Positions 60,669 to 64,000 of a stretch of 64,000 nucleotides of DNA are shown here, one piece after another. Each line of letters opens with the position of its first letter. Positions within the stretch are counted from its first letter, which is position 1. Location of the stretch: NCBI GenBank assembly GCA_963745035.1, contig CAVUVW010000021.1:96001-160000 (forward strand), given 5' to 3'. The DNA comes from an uncultured delta proteobacterium (GTDB lineage Bacteria > Desulfobacterota > Binatia > UBA9968). The notes beneath the pieces are model-generated. The model saw nothing but the letters and a program-made list of their open reading frames with translations, was not told the origin of the DNA and ran no database searches. The translations under genes were made by a program, and so were the position numbers.

Positions 60669-61667
60669 TCAACTGCCTTTCGTGCCGGCGGCTTGGAGGC
60701 CGTTCGCATAGCGGCGAATGCCTCTCTCCAGAGCCACCGCGATATTTTCCCGATAATTTTCCTTTGTCAACAACGCGGCCTCGCGCTCGTTGGAGAGGCA
60801 GGCGATCTCGACCAAGATCGCGGGCATCTGGGTGCCGATCAATACGGCAAACGGCGCGGTTTTCACGCCGCGGTTCTCCAGCTCGGGATTTTCCGCGCGC
60901 AGCGTGCGGAACAGTTGGCTTTGGATCGTATGGGCGAGGGCGCGAGATTCGTCGCGGCGCGCATCGACGTAGATCTTTTCCAGAATTTTTTTATAGTCGG
61001 AGAGCGCATAGCGCGAGTCCTTGTTTTCCCGCTTGGCCAATTGGAGGATGGCCGGATCGTCGGTGGGGCCGACGTAATAGGTCTCCAATGCGCGAATCGT
61101 ATGCGGCTCCATCCAGTTCACATGAATGGACACGAACAAGTCGGCCTTGTTCTCGTTGGCGAAGGCTACCCGCTGGTCGAGCCCCAGCGACCGGTCGGTG
61201 TCGCGGGTCAACAGCACTTGGAACGGCGCGTCTTTCAAAAGACGGCGCAAGCGCAGGGCGACGTCCAGGGTGATTTCTTTTTCGGTCATCCCGGCCTCGG
61301 CCGTAGCGCCTGGCTCGCCGCCGTGGCCGGCATCGATCACGATGGTTTGGACGGAAAGCGGCAGCGCCGACTGGTCGATGGGACGGGGCGGTGGAAGCGG
61401 CTCTGATCGCAGCGGCGGATCGATATTCGGCGCGGGATCCCGTTGAGCCGGCGCGGCGCTCAGCGCTGGCGTGCCGCTCTGCTGCGCTGCCGGCAGGGTC
61501 ATCATCACGGCGACGATCGCCGCGGCTGCCAAACCGCCCCATCGCCACACCCGGCGCTCGCCTGGCTGGCGTTTGCGCCGCGGGACTTTCACGTTGCGCA
61601 GCACAGCGACGTTGTCCTGCACGACGCCGCGGAGCAGCTCGGCCTTGGTTTCGTCGATATTGGCCAT
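60669..61667 (-). CDS. N-acetylmuramoyl-L-alanine amidase (Amidase_3) with N-terminal membrane anchor
   Basis: IVIDAGHGG, EKEITLD, LTRDTD, RVAFAN..KADLFVSIHVN, PAILVEIA.LSN. Confidence 0.93.
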   Translation of the reverse strand: MANIDETKAELLRGVVQDNVAVLRNVKVPRRKRQPGERRVWRWGGLAAAAIVAVMMTLPAAQQSGTPALSAAPAQRDPAPNIDPPLRSEPLPPPRPIDQSALPLSVQTIVIDAGHGGEPGATAEAGMTEKEITLDVALRLRRLLKDAPFQVLLTRDTDRSLGLDQRVAFANENKADLFVSIHVNWMEPHTIRALETYYVGPTDDPAILQLAKRENKDSRYALSDYKKILEKIYVDARRDESRALAHTIQSQLFRTLRAENPELENRGVKTAPFAVLIGTQMPAILVEIACLSNEREAALLTKENYRENIAVALERGIRRYANGLQAAGTKGS

Positions 61668-61832
61668 GGGAACGCTTTTCGGAACCGCTACAAATAACCT
61701 GCAAAACTGCCCGATTCAGCCTTGCGACAAAGAATAGCACGAGGCAAAAAGTAACGCGATGTTTTTTCGCGCCCCGCGGCCGGAGGCTCGGAACCGCGTC
61801 GCGGCCGGCGGGCTATCGCCGGGCATAAGCAA

Positions 61833-61847
61833 GAAATCGCCGTGCCA
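61833..61847 (-). promoter_or_regulatory. Possible sigma54 promoter upstream of the amidase-actin operon
   Basis: TGGCAC-GGCGA-TTTC (the -12 element deviates from consensus). Confidence 0.3.
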
Positions 61848-61978
61848 TTTTCGCCGCGTAAATGGGTGCAATTCCAAATTTTGTTGATAAGGTCGGAGAT
61901 CAGCGGCTCCCTCGCGCAAAAGCGCGGGTTTGGAGCCCCGCAGAATGCGGGGAAGATTGCTGTTGCGAGGCTGTGAAA

Positions 61979-63349
61979 CTACTTGGCAAACTTGGGCAGG
62001 AAATCTTCCAGGCGGATCTTCTTCATCACTTCTTCCGGGACTCTGAGCTCCGGTGCGAAGCCGGCGAGGGGCTTGGTCGCGTCCAGTCCCATTTTGGCGT
62101 TGACCCCGCCGGGGCCAGCGGAGGGATCGAGCTCGCTACCCTGCGCGTTGGCGATCACCACCAGGCCGCGATCGGCCTGGAAGCGGTTCGAGACCGCCCA
62201 AAGCACCTGCTCTTCATCGTACACGTCGATATCCTCGTCGACGACAACGACGTGCTTGAGCAGCATGTCGGAGGCGAAGGCGGCGCAGATGGCGTTCTTT
62301 GCCTGGCCCGGCGTGCGCTTCGCGATCGAAATATAGGCGTGGAAGCGGCAGTTGCCGGATACCGGCATGCAGACGCTTTTCACGGTCGGCACGCTGAGGC
62401 GCACCGCTTTGATCAACGCCGCCTCGCGCGGCACGGCGCCCATCAATTTATGCTCGGTGTAGCCGGCATGGACGTCCTGGAAGATATAGTTCTTGCGGTG
62501 GGTGATCGCGGTCACTTCGATGACTTGCCGTTCGTCTTTGGAAACCGCGTGGCCGGTGAATTCGCCGAACGGGCCTTCCTCGCGGCGCACGTTGGGAAGA
62601 ATCTTTCCCTCGATCACCATTTCGGCGTCGGCGGGAACCAGAATGGGCATTGTCTTGGCTTTCACCACGCGCAGCGCTTCGCCCATCATGCCGCCGATCA
62701 CCGCGTATTCGTCCTCCGTGGACGGCGTGAAGGCTTGCGCCCCGAGAGAAAAGAGCGGATGCACGCCGACGACGACGGCGATCGGCAACGGCTCGTTGCG
62801 CCGCTCCATCTTGTTGTGCAGGGTCCAGAGATGCCGTCCGACGGCCATGAAAATGCGCAACTCGCGCTTGCGCGCCATCATCAGCCGGTTGTAGCTCGTG
62901 TTTCTGACGCCGGTGTCCGGGTCGGCGGCGACTACGATGCCCGCGGTGATGTAGGGCGCGGCGTTGACATCGTAGTGGGTGAGGAGCGGCACTTTGCCGA
63001 GATCGACGTCGTCGGCGCTCTGGACGACTTCGTGCACCGGCGCATCGTTGACTTCGACCGGCGCGATCGGCTTGCCCTGACGATCGCTAAACGTCTTCGC
63101 GAGATTTTCGGGTTTGCACTCCAGCGCCAGCGCCATCAGCTTGCGGCTCGCCTGGGCGTTAATGACCACCGGTGCCTCGCTGCCTTCGACGTTTTCGCAA
63201 AACAGCAAGGGAAAACGTTTTGCCTTTTCCAATTGTGTGAGCAGCGCGGTGATTTCATAGCGCGGGCCGATCGGCTTTGTTACGCGCGCTACTTCGTCGG
63301 GATGTTTGGACTCCAGCTCGGCGATGAAACTGCGCAGGTCTTTGGGCAT
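61979..63349 (-). CDS. UbiD family (prFMN-dependent) decarboxylase
   Basis: DLRSFI..L, YITAG, RN.SYNR, EGPFGEFTG, VVVVDEDID, VLWAVSNR, LDPS, KMGLDATKP. Confidence 0.93.
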   Translation of the reverse strand: MPKDLRSFIAELESKHPDEVARVTKPIGPRYEITALLTQLEKAKRFPLLFCENVEGSEAPVVINAQASRKLMALALECKPENLAKTFSDRQGKPIAPVEVNDAPVHEVVQSADDVDLGKVPLLTHYDVNAAPYITAGIVVAADPDTGVRNTSYNRLMMARKRELRIFMAVGRHLWTLHNKMERRNEPLPIAVVVGVHPLFSLGAQAFTPSTEDEYAVIGGMMGEALRVVKAKTMPILVPADAEMVIEGKILPNVRREEGPFGEFTGHAVSKDERQVIEVTAITHRKNYIFQDVHAGYTEHKLMGAVPREAALIKAVRLSVPTVKSVCMPVSGNCRFHAYISIAKRTPGQAKNAICAAFASDMLLKHVVVVDEDIDVYDEEQVLWAVSNRFQADRGLVVIANAQGSELDPSAGPGGVNAKMGLDATKPLAGFAPELRVPEEVMKKIRLEDFLPKFAK

Positions 63350-63407
63350 GACAATCGTGATCGGTTCTAGCTCAGAGAGTGGCGCCGACCATGGAATAAC
63401 ACCGAAG

Positions 63408-63422
63408 GCATATCAAGTGCCA
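63408..63422 (-). promoter_or_regulatory. Possible sigma54 promoter for the UbiD gene
   Basis: TGGCAC-TTGAT-ATGC, ~60 bp upstream of ATG 63349. Confidence 0.4.
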
Positions 63423-63464
63423 CGACCATACAGTCGGTCTTCGATTGTCCGTGGCCTAGAAAAT

Positions 63465-64000
63465 TTATAGCCCATAGAGCCGGCGCGGGTTGTCGTCGAG
63501 GATTTTTTTCTTGATCGGGTCGGCGACCAGGTCCGTGGCGCGGAAGATGTCGATGGCGTCGACTTCGCTCGACGCGTCGGTGTGGCCATAGTCGGTGCCG
63601 ATCACCAGATTGTCTTCGCCGGCGTAGCGCAGCACGTACTCAAAATCGTCGTTGGTTTCCGTCGTGACGTAGATGTTGAATTCCTTGAACGGCAGCTTGG
63701 GAAAGCCTTTGGCACCGCTGCGGCGGATCGCTTCCTTGACGACCCAGGGCACCCACTGCGCCGAGGCTTCGACGAATGCCCAGCGCAACTGCGGAAACGT
63801 TTTCGGCACGTCGCTCATCATCAGCGATAGGCACGTGATGACCGTCGGAACGCGGAACTGGGCGAAGCCGCCCATGCGGTCGTAGCGCGGCTTGAATTGA
63901 TCGAGGAGCTGCGGGCTGCCGTTGGCGATGTGCACGGCTACGGCCAGATCGAGCCGCGTCGCTTCCTCGTAAATCGCATAAAAATACGGATCCACCAGAT
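63465..64000 (-). CDS. Amidohydrolase family 2 protein (5' end outside window)
   Basis: VAVH, FPQLRWAFVEA..WVP, IGTDYGH, KILDDNP.RLY. Confidence 0.88.
   Translation of the reverse strand, partial: LVDPYFYAIYEEATRLDLAVAVHIANGSPQLLDQFKPRYDRMGGFAQFRVPTVITCLSLMMSDVPKTFPQLRWAFVEASAQWVPWVVKEAIRRSGAKGFPKLPFKEFNIYVTTETNDDFEYVLRYAGEDNLVIGTDYGHTDASSEVDAIDIFRATDLVADPIKKKILDDNPRRLYGL

Overview
GC-rich bacterial chromosomal segment. The many stand-alone SsuA/THI5-type substrate-binding proteins, amidohydrolases and MFS genes suggest a Binatia/deltaproteobacteria-like genome (inference). About ten single-base frameshifts in otherwise intact genes suggest an unpolished long-read assembly. The left part is housekeeping (gatCAB, rnhB, YraN, serS), followed by a Ku–MerR/TPR–LigD-primase NHEJ operon, three paralogous MFS genes and a RAYT with GTAG-REPs. 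The middle (about 23.9-44 kb) is an accessory zone with two integrase-less integron cassette arrays, three related attI/promoter-like modules, a toxin-antitoxin pair, a HEPN-motif gene, an IS5-family element and scattered relic fragments of neighbouring genes. Three observations stand out. (1) A 1674-bp element (44881-46554) encodes a Rep_trans-like (YDK..RVE) protein with a winged helix. It sits without target duplication inside a REP-like repeat whose empty form is visible at 48281, and a solo copy of its left end lies at 53772; it is a candidate repeat-targeting rolling-circle transposon. (2) A MamK-like actin lies in an apparent operon with a peptidoglycan amidase and a small membrane/coiled-coil protein, with no magnetosome genes nearby. 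(3) Repeated orphan attI+promoter modules head cassette arrays. No rRNA, tRNA or CRISPR array was recognised. All family assignments come from motif recognition by eye, not from database searches.
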